Assembly: GCF_963921235.1 (NCBI RefSeq)
Contig: NW_026948141.1
Location: 62,001-126,000 of the forward strand
Direction of reading: 5' to 3'
DNA from: Mobula hypostoma
Taxonomy: Eukaryota
Length of the DNA: 64,000 nt
A program made the translations under genes and the position numbers. Each line of letters begins with the position of its first letter. The first letter of the stretch is position 1. Under the pieces are notes generated by a model. That model was not told the DNA's origin. It ran no database searches and was given only the letters and a program-made list of their open reading frames with translations. Positions 13,180 to 26,300 of the stretch are shown piece by piece.

Positions 13180-14690
13180 GAAGTTAAGTTTCTGCTTTAG
13201 TTCCAATGATGACGCTTCTTTCTGGGTGCCTCTAAACTGTCCTCTGTACTGAAACATGCCTTCCCCTCTGCAATAGTGGACTAAGCTCTCATCCACATTT
13301 TCTCTCTTTCCACCCCTTTTCCCCTGGGGAATAACAGGGATAGAGTTCCCCAGCACTCACCTTCCACCCCTCCAAACTTCATATTCTACCTATTATCCTT
13401 CACAATTTCTGTATCAACATGAAGCTCCACCCTCCTTCTCTCTGTTTTTGCATTCCATGGGTACTGCTCTTCTGTCCCCACCCAATGGGGGACCTGCCAC
13501 ACCTACCCCTTCTTTTCTCTTCCACCAACCAGAACCCTCCAGATGGAGCACTCCATAGATCACTCAAAGTTACCATGCAAATTGGTAAGGTGTTTAAGAA
13601 GGCATGTGGAATGTTGGCCTTCATTAGTCAGGGATTGAGGAGCTGTTGCTCCGTAAAACCCTGATTAGACCACACTTGGAGTATTGTGTTCAGTTCTGGT
13701 CATCTCATTATAGGAAGGATGTGGAAGCTTTAGAGAGGAGATTTACCAGGGTGCTGCCTGGATTGGAGAGCATGTCTTATGAGGATAGGTTGATTGAGTT
13801 AAGTCTTTTCTCTTTTGAGCAAAGGAGGATGAAAGTTGACTTGATAGAGGTTTACAAAATGGTAAGATGCATAGATAGAGTGGACAGTCAGCCTTTTCCC
13901 AGAGTGGAAATGACTAATATGAGGGGACATAATTATAAGGTGATTTGAGGAAAATAAACAGGATGTCAAGGATAGGTTTTCTTTACGCAGAGAGTGGTGG
14001 GTAAATGGAATATAGGGATGGTGGTAGATGAATATACATTAGCAACATTTAAGAGACTCTTAGATAGACACGACAGCGTAGCGGTTAGTGCAACACTATT
14101 ACAGCCCGGGTCTCAGAATTTGAAGTTCAAGTCTGGCATGCTCTGTAAGAAAGTTCGTATGTTCTTCTTGTGACCTCATGGGTTTCCTCTGGGTGCTTTG
14201 GTTTCCTCCCTCATTCCAAAGACATACCAGTTAGTAAGTTAATTGGTCATTATAAATTGTCCCGTGATTAGACTCGGGTTGCTGGACACCGCAGCTTGAA
14301 GGGCTTGATTCACTCTGTACCTCTAAATAAAGATTAAACAATAAACAATAAAATAAAACATGGATGATAGAAAACTGGGGGGCTATGTGGAAGGGAAGGA
14401 TTGATCTTAGTGTACGTTGAGGTCGACACAACTTTGTGGGCCAAACTGTGCTGTAATGTTATGTATTCTATGTCGCATGGTTCACTTGCATCTCTTCCAG
14501 TCGAACGCACTGCATCCAGTGTACCCAGTCTAGGCTCCTCCGCACTCGAGAACGATCACTTTGTCACAAGGGTGATCCTAAATTTCACTTCAATTCTCAA
14601 TCTCTCTCTTAATATGTCTGGGGGCTTCCTCCACTACCAGAGTGAACTCAAAGAACAGCACCTTATCTCCAGCTTCAGGTAAGTTGCCTA
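13180..14690 (+). mobile_element. Old Penelope-like fragment, interrupted by a CR1 (~13545-14470), which is itself interrupted by a SINE
   Basis: NRDRVP..TFHPS..HI..IILHNF linker upstream and ..KEQHLIS GIY-YIG C-terminal remnant downstream; CR1 ORF at 13646-13948. Confidence 0.6.
14072..14350 (+). mobile_element. V-SINE (HE1-like)
   Basis: A-box-like tagcggttag, gttcaag, V-domain gggtttcctctgggtgctttggtttcctccc...ccaaagac, A-rich tail. Confidence 0.85.
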
Positions 14691-16434
14691 CTCATTGCTT
14701 CCCATTGTAATAATCACCTCAAAAGATAATTGGTAGGTCAGCTTTTTTGAACCTTTCAAAAGTGTGGAATTCAATATCTAAAACTTCTTATAGAATGCAA
14801 ACTCAGTTGATAGTTTTAAATGGCAGTTCAAAACCTATTTATTTAACCTTGCTTTTCACTGACATTGTTTTGTCTTTTATTTTCATGTTTATTTTTATTT
14901 TATTTTCTTGCTTGCACTTTATCCCATTGTACAGCACTGCCAATCACATTGTCTGAACGAAAAGTGCTTGAAATAAGTTATTGTTATTATTATTATTATT
15001 GTCATGCTGATGTCTCTTTGTCAGCTCATTTCTATTAAATAACTTTTTCCTAAATGTTTGTACTCATCCACCTTATCACCTGATCTGTCTTTGACAATCT
15101 CCATCTCGTCTTTTACCTGACCCGTCTCTCCTCCCAGCTCTGCTTTGAAAACTCTAACCCCTCTGGAAGATCACTGACTGGAAACATTAAACTGTTTTCT
15201 TTTTCCACAGACACTGCATGAATACTTTCAGATTATTTTTTTCTTTTTTTGTTTCAGATTTCAACATCTGCATTTTTATTTGTTTTCCAAATATAATTAA
15301 TAACTTCCGTTTTGCATGTTCTGCTGGGGAAAGGTGATCATAAAGTGACAGAATTAGATTTGTAAATTGGTTTATTATTGTCACATGTACAATGGAAACA
15401 TTTACATACTGTCCTTGCAGATGAACAGTGCATTGAGGTAAAACAAGGTAAAACTTTTAACAAAATGCAAAATGAAGTGTAACAATTACACAATTACAGA
15501 GAAAGTGCAGTGCAGGTAGACAAATATGTGCAAAAGTCATGATCAGATAGATTGTGAGGTTGAGTCCGTTTTATCGTACTAGGGAACTGTTTAATAGTCT
15601 TATAACAGTGGGCTGGAAGCTGTCCTTCAGCCTGGTGGGATGTGCTTTCCCACCAAAGGGAGAAGGAGAAGAGGGAATGTCCGGGGGGCACTTTGATTAT
15701 GCTGGCTGCTTCACTGACGCTGGTATACATGGAGTCCAGGGAGGGAAGCTTTTCTCTGAGGGGAACGAAGTGGTGGAATTATAAATTAAAGTACTGAAGC
15801 TGAATAAAGAGGATGAGGTTGAATTGGCTATGATAGGTGGGGGAACTTTACGAAACGGGCTGGCAGTGAAAAGGTCAGAATGAGAATCGAGTTTATTATC
15901 GCTGACACACATCATGAGGTTTATTGTTTGCAACTGCAGTCCAGTGTAAGACATAACAATTATATAAGCTACAAAAATAAATTACTAATGCAAAAAAAAG
16001 AATAGTGAGGTAGTGTTGGTACATAATATTTTTTAAAAGTCTACATGAATTAAAGCAGCAATTCATTCTGATCTGGCATAAAAAGTAAGTTTAGAACAAG
16101 GGCTCAACTGTGGCTGACAAAGGAAATGAGGGGTAGAGGAGACACACAAAACTGCCAGTAAAAGCAACTGGCCTGAGTTTAGAATTCAACAAAGGAATAC
16201 TGAAAGGTTGATTAGGGGGCACAGATGGAATCAGAGATACGTTTGCGGGGAATATAAAACTGACTGCAAAAGCTTCTATAGATATGCGAGGAGGAAAAAT
16301 CTTGGTGATATAAATCTAGGTCACCTGTAAGAAATAGGGGGAAATTACAACTGGGAAGAACGAAATGATAGAGTAATATCTTTGTTTTCTGCCTTCACAA
16401 AAAGGATGCATATCATTTCCCAGAAATGTTGGGG

Positions 16435-17665
16435 ATTCAAGATTGTTTAATATCATTTCCAGTACACAAGTGTAAAGGAAAACAAAATAATTGTTACTTC
16501 AGATCCAATGCAGCACAAAAAAATACAATAAGATAAAGAACACAATAATAAAAAAAACACCACAAATACAAATACACAAGATAGCTTACATACATAGATT
16601 AATTGTATGTCTGTAAAGTGACGTTAGGTACAGGAGTGTCTGTACATAAGGTGACTGACAGGAAGTGATACAGTAGTTGTGGTTGGAGTGTGGAGGGGTG
16701 AGTTAGTGGGTAGAGGTGCTGATCAGCCTTTCTGCTTGGGGCAAGTTACTGATTTTGAGTCTACACAAAATGCTGGAGGATTGCTGAAGGATCTTTGCCC
16801 GAAACGTTGACTATACTCTTTTCCATAGATACTGCCTGGCCTGCTGAGTTCCTCCAGCATTTTGTGTGTGTTACTTGAATTTCCAGCATCTGCAGATTTT
16901 CTCCTGTTTTTGAGTCTGCTGGTCCTGACATGGATGCCATGTAGCCTCCTCCTGATGGGAGTGGGACAAACAGTCCATGAGCAGGGTGGTGGGATCCTTC
17001 ATGATGTTACTGGCCCTGTTCTGGCATTTTCTCTACATATATCTTTGATGGTGGGTAGGCTGGTGTCAGAGTCTTAGAGTTTTAGAGTCTTCCTGTCCGT
17101 TTCTGTTCCATGTAATGATGCAGTTTGTTAGGATGCTCTCTACTGTGCATCATTAGAATGACGTGAGCATGGATCAAAGGTTCATTAATTATCGAAGCAT
17201 GTGGCCATATACAACTCTGAAATTTGAATTTCTCAGATAGCCACAAAACAAAGAACGTGGAAATCATTCAGAGGGAAACATCAACCCTCCCCCCACACCG
17301 TACGAAAAAAGAATGGCATCCTGTTCTATAGATGTGCGTAATCTAGCTTTCTTCCTGCTTCTCAGAGAGTGAGGTGTTGGTGAGCTTTCTAATAGTGTAC
17401 TATTAGTGTTTTCTAATGTGCACTCCCAGGAGTTTGAAACTGCTCACAGTTTCCACTGTTGTGTCACCGATTTAAAAAGGGGTGTGAGTGGTTTGAGTTC
17501 TCCTGAAGTCAATAACCATCTCCTTTGTTTTGTTGTCATTGAGGAAGGGGTTATTTGCCTGGTGCCAAGCCTTGAACTCTTCTAACTCCTCTCTGTAGGC
17601 TGCCCCATTATTGTTGGTGATGAAACCCACCATTGTTGTGTCATCAGCAAACCTGACAAAGTTGA
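16435..17665 (-). mobile_element. Decayed Rex1/Babar LINE, (TCTTGAA)n tail family, with nested inserts
   Basis: 3'UTR shared with 44860-45372; minus-strand ...IMKDPTTL..., and FADDTTMVGF near 17650. Confidence 0.7.
16763..16907 (+). mobile_element. Penelope-derived short insert with inverted 5' piece and partial hammerhead
   Basis: 10-bp TSD ttttgagtct (16753-62 / 16908-17); acacaaaatgctggagga is inverted relative to tcctccagcattttgtgt; contains cccGAAACGTTgact. Confidence 0.7.
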
Positions 17666-18312
17666 CAGAGAGAGAAAGTGAGGGAAATCAGTATTAGCAA
17701 ATGTTTTACAGTTGAGTCCAATTCAGGATTTATTTGTCATACGTACAAGTAGGAATTACCAGAGACAGGTAAGAAAAGAAGATGGAGTGGTCAGAATGTG
17801 ATACGGGTAGAGGAGGCAGAAACTTTCAGTACGTTTATGCAGTTGCCGAGCCGAACCTGCAGCAGTATTGGCCAAGGGGAATAGACCTACACTCTGTTCC
17901 TGGGTGGTGGGAATAAACTGACCTGGTGGTTCTGTAAATCTCTCTGAGTCTATGATACCTGCTGAATATACTTGTCACAGTGCAGATTGATAGCTACACA
18001 ACAAGCTTTACACCACAGTGACTAGTGCAGCCATGGATAAACGAGTTCCATCATGCATTCTGAGACACAGGTTGTGAGTTTCTCATGTGATAAAGTTTTC
18101 TGAAAAACTGTTCAAATATTGCATCTTTGAGACAAAGTGTTGTTACTTCACTCTGCACCGTGAATTGAAGATTAGCTTTATTTGTCACAAGAAAAGAAAA
18201 ATATAAAGATGACCAACACACTATGAGAATGCGCTGGGGGCAGTCCGCAAACATCGCCGTGCTTTTTGGCACCTACATAGCAAGCCCACAACTCATGAAC
18301 CTTGACCCATAC

Positions 18313-20325
18313 ATAAGACCATAAGATATAGGAGCAGAATTAGGCCACTTGTCCCATCGAGTCTGCTCCACTATTTCATCATGGCTGATCGAATTTTCCT
18401 CTCAACCCCAATCTCCTGCCTTCTCCCCATATCCCTTCATGTCCTGACCAGTCAAGAATTTATCAACCTGTGCCGTAAATATATATAACGTCTTGGCCTT
18501 CACAGCTACCTGTGGCGAAGAATTCCACAGATTCACCACTCTCTGGCAAGAAATTCCTCCTCATCTCCATTCTATAATGTCGCCCCTCTATTCTGAGGCT
18601 GTGTCCTCTGATCGTAGATTCTCCCACCATAGGAAACATCCCCTCCACATCTACTATATCAAGGCTTTTTACCATTCAGTAGGTTTTAATGATGTCATCC
18701 CTCTTTCTTCAGAATTCTAGTGAATAGAGGCTCAGAGTCATCAAACGTTCTTCATATGACAAGCCATTCAATTCTGGAATCAGTGTCATGAACCTTCTTT
18801 GAACCCTAGCCAGTTTCAGCACATCCTTTCTAAGATAAGGGGCTCATAACTGTTCACAATACTCCAAGTGAGGCCTCGCCAGTGCTTTATAAAATCTCAA
18901 CATTACATCCTTGCTTTTATATTCTAGTCCTCTTGAAATGAATGCTAACATTGCATTTGCCGTCCTCACCACAGACTCAACTTGCAATTTACCTTTTAGG
19001 GAATCCTGTCCAAGGGCTCCCAAGTCCCACTGTACTTCAGTTTTTTTGTATTTTCTCTCCATTTAGAAAATAGTCAACCCTTTCATTTCTTCTACCAAAC
19101 TACATGACCGTACTTCCAAACACTGTCTTCCATCTGCCATTGCTTTGCCCATTTTCCCAATCTGTCTAAGTCCTTCTGTAGCCTCTCTACTTCCTCAAAA
19201 CTTCCTGCCCCTCCACCTACCTTCATATCATCTGCAAACTTTGCAACAAAGCCATCAATTCCATCATCCAAATCATTGATATATGGCATAAAAAGGATCG
19301 GCCCCAACATAGACACCTGTGGATCACCACTAGTCACCAGCAGCCAACCAGAAAAGGCTCCGTTTGTTTCCACTCTTTGCCTCCTGCCAATTAGCCACTG
19401 CTTTATTGATGATAGAACCTTTACTTTAATACCATGGGCTTGTTAAGCAGCCTTATGTGCGGAACTTTGTCAAAGGTCTTCTGAAACTCCAGGCATACAA
19501 CATCAACCGATTCTCCTTTGTCTATCCTACTTGTTACTTCTTCAGAGAATTCCAATAGATTTGTCAGGTAAGATTTTCCCTTGAGGAAACCATGCTGCCT
19601 AAAGCCTATTTTATCATGTGACTCCCAGTATCCTGAGACTTCATCCTTAATAATCGACTCCAATATCTTCACAACCACTGAGGTCAGACTAACTGACTAA
19701 CTAGCCTACAGTTTCCTTTCTTTTGCCTCTCTCCCTTATTGAAGAGTGGAGTGACATTTCCAATTTTCCAGTCTTCTTGAACCATTCCAGAATCTAGTGA
19801 ATCTAGTGAAGGATCATTACTAATGCCTCCATGATCTCTTGAGCCACCTTTTTCTAAAGACTCGGGTGCACACCATCTGGTCCAGGAGACTTATCTACCT
19901 TCAGACCTTTCAGTTTCCAAAGAACCTTCTCTCTAGTCATGGCAACTTTACACGCTTCATGCCCCCTAATACCTGGAACTTTTACCATGATGCTAGTGTC
20001 TTTCACAGGGAAGACTGATGCAAAGTACTTCTTCAGTTTGTCCGCTATTTCGCTGTCCCCCATTACTACCACTCAGCATTGTTTTCCAACGGTCCAATAT
20101 CCACTTCCCCCTCTCTTTTACACTTTATGTATCTGAAGAAACTTTTGATATCCTCTTTAATATTATTAGGTAGCTTACTTTCGTATTCCATCTCTACCTT
20201 CTTAATGACTTCTTTAGTTGCCTTCTATTGGTTTTTAAAAGCTTCCCAATCTCCTAACTCCCCACTAATCTTTAATATACCATCTCTTTGACTTTTATGT
20301 TGGCTTTGACTTCTCTTGTTAGCCT
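18313..20325 (-). mobile_element. 5'-truncated CR1 LINE (~2 kb), frameshifted
   Basis: [34 protein letters not shown] motifs; (TCTTATGG)n tail. Confidence 0.93.
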
Positions 20326-20718
20326 TGGTTTTGAATGTGGGAGGAAAGCTGAGTGCCCAGAGGAATTCCATGTGGTCATGTGATGATTGTACAAACTCCT
20401 TACAGAAAGCAGTGGGTATTGAACCCTGATCGCTGGGGCTGTAACATGGAGAGGAGATTTCCTGTAGTAGGTGTATCAAGGACCAAAAGGCACAGCTTCA
20501 GAATAGGGGAAGGTCCATTTAGAACATAGATGAGGAGGAATTTTTTTAGCCAGAGGGCAGTGAATCTGTGAAATTCATTGACACAGATGGCTGTGGAGGC
20601 CCAATCAGTGAGTAAATTTAAAGCGAAGGTTGATAGGTTCCTGATTAGTCAGGGCATCAAAGGTTATGAGGAGAAGGCATGCGAATGGGGAGAGAGGGAT
20701 GATAAATCAGCCATGATT

Positions 20719-21011
20719 TATTCCTGCCTGTGGCCATCAAACTTTACAACTCTTCCCTTGGAGGGTCAGACACCCTGAGCCAATAGGCTGGTCCTGGACT
20801 TATTTCATAATTTACTGGCATAATTTACATATTACTATTTAACTATTTATTACTATTTTTCTATTACTATTCTATTACTAGTTATTATTTCCATTACTAT
20901 TTACTAGTAGTAATATTACTATTACTATTTCTATTACTATTTATTATTTATAGTGCAACTAACGAAAACTAATTTCCCCCGGGATCAATAAAGTATGACT
21001 ATGACTATGAC
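20719..21011 (+). mobile_element. Rex1/Babar 3' end inserted in a CR1 3'UTR (CR1 ~20446-21055)
   Basis: Same sequence as 25-230 with a (TATGAC)n tail; internal (ACTATT)-like expansion at ~20830-20950. Confidence 0.85.
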
Positions 21012-21207
21012 GGAATGGCTTAATTCTGCCCCCATATCTTCTGGACTTATGGTTATCAACATGACTATGCTCCCGTCGGCACCAATGAACAGATTGTATT
21101 TATTTAATCCCTGTTTCCATTGCAAGGTGGCGATTATCCAATGGTCCTGTTGGTGTTGCCATTGATTTTCCATTATTGCTATGACTGTGTGATCCGTGGA
21201 AATGGAG

Positions 21208-22680
21208 TTTAGAAGATAGAATACTACCACACAGTGCAGGCCCTTCAGCCCACAATGTTGTCTTCACCATTTAATATACTCTAAGATCAATCCAACCCTT
21301 CCCACCTGTCTAGCCCTCCACTTGTTCTATCATCCATGTGCCTACCGAAAACTTTCTTAAATGCCTCTACAACGCCCCCCCCAGCAGTGCATCCACATAC
21401 CCACCAACCTCTGTGTAAAAAAAAAATATCTCTAACCCCTTATACTTTCCTCCAATATCCTTAAAATTATAAGACATAGGAGCAGTATGAGGCAATTCGG
21501 CCCATCAAGACTTCTCCAGTATCCCATCATGGCTGATTTATTATCCCTCACAACCCTGTTCTCTTGCCTTCTCCCTGTAACCTTTGACACCTTGACTAAT
21601 CAAGAACCTATCAACCTCCGTTTTAAATAGCCAGCGACCTGGCCTCTGCAGCTGTCTGTGGCAACGAATTCCACAGATTCTCCACCCTCTGGCTGAAGAA
21701 ATTCCACCTCAACTCTGTTTTAAATGGATGTCCCTCTATTCTGAGGTTCTGCCCTCTGGTCCTAGACTTTCCCACTACATGAAATATTCTCTCCACATCC
21801 ACTCTATCTAGGTCTTTCAATGAGATCCCCTTGTATTAAGACCATAAGATACAGGAGCAGAATTAGTCCATTTGGCCCAATGAGTCTGCTCCACCATTTT
21901 ATCATTGCTGATCAAATTTTCCTGTTAGCCCCAATCTCCTGCCTTCTCCTCGTATCCCTTCATGCCCTGACCAATAAAGAATCTATCAACCTCTGCCTTA
22001 AAAATACATAAAGACTTGGTCTCCACAGCCGCCTGTGGCAAAGATTTACACAGATTCACCACTCTCTGGCTAAAGACATTACTCCTCATCTCTGTACTAT
22101 AAGGACAACCCTCTATTCTGAGGCTGTGTCCTCTGGGCTTAGACTCTCCCATCACAGGAAACATCCTCTCTACATTCACTCTATCAAAGCCTTTCACTAT
22201 TTGATAGGTTTCAGTGATCACTTCTGAATTCTAGTGAGTACGGACCCAGAGCCATCAAATACTCTTCACATGACAGGCCATTCAATCCTGGAATCATTCT
22301 CGTGAACCTCCTTTGAACCCCCTCTAGTTTCAGCACATCCTTTCTAAGATAAAGGGGCCAAACCTGCTCACAATACTCCAAGTGAGGCCTGACCAGTGCT
22401 TTCTAAAGTCTCAACATTACATCCTTGATGTATTTAGCCATTTATGCCCTAAGGAAAAAGTCTCTGGCTGTCCACTTGATGTGTGTCTTTTATCATCTTG
22501 CGCTCCTCTACCAAGTGTCATCTCATTCTCCTCCTCTCCAAAGAGAAAAGCATTAGATCACTCAACCTATCTTCATAAGACTTGTTCTTTTGTATACCTT
22601 GTACTCCTCTATCAAGTCGCATCTCATTCTCCTCCTCTCCAAAGAGAGAAGCATTAACTCACCGGCCTATCCTCACAGGA
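21208..22680 (-). mobile_element. Cluster of about four CR1 3' fragments
   Basis: ORFs 21623-21820 and 21925-22221 encode CR1 C-termini; several separate CR1 tails. Confidence 0.8.
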
Positions 22681-23399
22681 TGGAGACCAAAAGCTCAAAT
22701 ACAGTAACCATAAAAAGTGTTCATTGCCCTTGGAAGTTTTCATGTTTTATTGTTTTACAACATTGAATCACAATGGAGTTAATTTGGCATTTTTGACACT
22801 GATCAACAGAAAAAGACTTGCATGTTAACGTGAAAACAGATCTCTACAAAGTGATCTAAATTAATTACAAATATAAAACACAAAATAACTGATTGCATAA
22901 GTATCTTCCCCCCTCTTTAATATGACACACCAAATCATTACTGGTGAAGCCAATTGGTTTTAGAAGTCACATAAATAGTTAAATGGAGATCACCTGTGTG
23001 CAGTCAAGGTGTTTCAATTGATTGTAGTGAAAATACACCTGTATCTGCAAGGTCCAACTACTGGTGAGTCAGTATCCTGGCAAAAACTACACCATGAAGA
23101 CAAAAGGACACTCCAAGCAACTCCACAAAAAGTTTATTGAAAAGAACAAGTCAGGAGATGGATATAAGAAAACTTCCCAGTCACTGAATATCCCTTAGAG
23201 TATAGTTAAGTCAATCATCAAGAAATGGAAAGAATATGGCACAGTTGTAAATTTGCCTAGAGCAGGCCATCCTCAAAAATGGAGTGACTGTGCAAGAAGG
23301 GGACTAGTGAGGGAGGCAACCAGGAGACCCATGACAACAGTGCAAAGTGTAAACAGTAAAAACCCATGATAACAGTGCAGACAGTGCAAAGAATTAAAT

Positions 23400-26300
23400 T
23401 GTGCCATAGAGGCAAAATTGAAAATGGCAAAGAATGTAGGACTGAAGGTGCTATATTTAAATGCACGTTGTATTCAGAATAAGGTGGATTAACTTATGGC
23501 GCAGGTAGAGATTGGTTGGTATGACATTGCGGGCATCACTGAGTCGTGACTGAAAGAAGGCCATAGTTGGGAGCGTAACATCAAACGATATACTTTGTGT
23601 TGAAATGACAGGCAGGAAGGCATAGGCGGTGGTGTGGCTCCATTGGAAAGAGATGGAATGACATCTTTAGAAAGAGGTGACATAGGATCAGAGTATGTTG
23701 AATCTTGGTGGGTAGAGTTAAGAACCTGCAAGAGTGAAAAAAAAAACATATGGGAATCATATATAGACCTTCAAATAGTAGTCAAGATGTGGGGTTGAGA
23801 TTGTAAAGGGAGCTAGAAAAGGCATGTAATAAGGGTAAAGTCACAATTGTAATGTGGGACTTCAGTATGCAGGGGGATTGGGAAAGTCAAGTTAGTGTTG
23901 GATCGCAAGAGAGGAAATTCGTTGAATGCCTAAGAGATGGCTTTTTAGAGCAGTTTGTGCCTGAGCCTACTCGGCAAAAGGTTATCTTAGATTGGGTGTT
24001 GTGTAATTATCCAGATTTTATTAGGGAGCTTAAGGTAAAGGAATACTTAGAAGCCAATGATCATGATATGATTGAACTCGTACTACAATTTGAGAAGGAA
24101 AAGCATAAGTCAGATGTATCAGAATCACAATGGAATAAAAGGAATTACAGAGGCATGAGAGAGGACCTTATCCAGGTGGATTGGAGGAGGATACTGGCAG
24201 GGATGATAACAGAGCAGAGGTGGCTGAAGTTTCTGTGAATTGTCACAAGGCACAAGATAGATATGTCCCACAGAAGAAGTTGTTCTCAAATGGAAGGGGT
24301 AGGCAACAGTGGCTGTCAAAGGAAGTTAATGACTGCATAAAGGCCAAGGAAGGGGTATATAAGGTAGCAAAAGTGAGTGGGAAGTTGGATGATTGAGAAG
24401 CTTTTAAAATCCAACAAAAGCCAACTAAAAAAGCTATAAGAAGGGAAAAGATGAAATATAAGGGCAAACTGGCCAATAATATAAAGCAGGATACTAAAAG
24501 TTTTTTTCAGTTATATAAAAAGCAAAAGGGAGGTACAGTTGATATTGGACCGGTGGAAAATGATGCTGGTGAGGTAGTAATGGGGGACAAAGAAATAGCG
24601 GATGAACTTAATAAGTACTTTGCATTAGTTTTCACTGTGGAAGACACTAACAGTGTGCTAGAGGTCTGTGAGTATCGGGGAACAGGAGTGAGTGCCATTG
24701 CTATTACAAAGGAAAAAGTGCTAGGTAAACTGAAAGGTCTTCAGGTGGAAAATTCACCTGGACCATATGGACTACATTCCAGAGTTCTGAAAGAGTGTGC
24801 TGAAGAGATAGCAGATGCATTGATAATGATCTTTCAAATCACTTGGTTCTGGAGCACTGAAAAATTGCAAATGTCACTCCGCTCTTTAAGAAGGGAGGAA
24901 GGCAAAAGAAAAGAAATTATAGGCCAGTCAGCCTAAACTCAGTGATTGGGAAGATGTTAGAGTCACTTGTTAGGATGAGAAAGTGCTGATTGGGAAAGTG
25001 TTGGAATCCATTATTAAGGATGAAGTTTCAGGGTATTTGGAGACTAATGATAAAATAAGTCAAAGTCAGCAAGGTTTCTGTCAAGGAAAATCTTGCCTGA
25101 CAAATCTGTTTGAGTTCCTCTAGGAAGTAACAAGCAAGATGGACAAAGGAGAAGCAGTGGATGTCATTTACTTACATTTTCAAAAGCCATTTGATAATGT
25201 GTGAGGGAAGAGAAGTGGGTGCAGTTACTATTACCAGAGAGAAGGTGCTCAAAAAGCTGAAAGACCATAAGTCACCTGGACCAGATGAGTTGCACCCTAG
25301 GGTTCTGAAAGATGTAGCGTTAGAGATCGTGGTGGCATTAGAAACAATCTTTCAAGAATCATTGGACTCCAGTATAGTGTCAGAGAAATAGAAAATTGCA
25401 AATGTCACTCCACTCTCTAAGAAAGGAGGAAGGCAGCAGAAAGGAAATTATAGACCGGATAGCCCAACCTCAGTGGTTGGGAAGATGTTACAGTCAATTG
25501 TTAAGGATGAGGTGATGGCGTACTTGGTGACACAGGACAAGATAGTACATGGTTCCTTTCAGAGAAAATCCTGCCTGACGAACCTGCTGGAATTCTTTGA
25601 GGAGATTACAAGTAGGATAGATAAAGGGGATACAGTGGATGTTGTATATTTGGACTTCCAGAAGGCCTTTGACAAGGTGCCACACATGAGGCTGCTTACC
25701 AAGTTAAGAGCCCATGGTATTATGGGAAAGTTACTAACATGGTTAGAGAATTGGCTGATTGGTAGGAGGCAGTAAGTAGGAATAAAAGGATCCTTTTCTG
25801 GTTGGCTGCCAGTGACTAGTGGTGTTCCGCAGGGGTCCGTGTTGGGACTACTTTTTATGCTGTATATGAATAATTTAGATGATGCCTTTGTTGCCAAGTT
25901 TGCAGGTAATATGAAGATTGGTGGAGGGGCAGTTAGTGTTGAGAAAACAGTTAGATTCAGAAAGGAGATCCAACAATTTCGTCCTAGAAAAGATTGGTAT
26001 GAAACCAATACTTCTGGAAACCGTTACCCAAAGGAAACTTTGCTATTTTGGACACATCTCAAGAACTGATGACGCACTGGAACACACTGTGCTTGAAGGC
26101 AGAGTAGAAGGAAGACTCTCCTGAGGCAGACAGAGGACAACCTGGATCGACAACATCAAGAAGTGGAGCAGCCTCACCGCCAGAGATGCAAGAGGTTTGA
26201 TTGCCGACAGACCGCAGTGGAAGAACGTGGTCACCGAGGCTCTGGCAGAGTATGGCACACGATGATGATGATGACGGAAGGAATTAGACAGATTAGGAGA

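Noticed and set aside
14072..14135. tRNA gene
   Set aside because: A/B-box-like motifs continue into the V-SINE core, and there is no cloverleaf.
14794..14840. QLIVLNGS resembling LRRC56 QLKLNGS
   Set aside because: The match is short, flanking residues disagree, and there is no donor at the expected distance.
22497..22680. ~100-bp local tandem duplication in a CR1 fragment
   Set aside because: Real, but an ordinary diverged duplication with no further structure.
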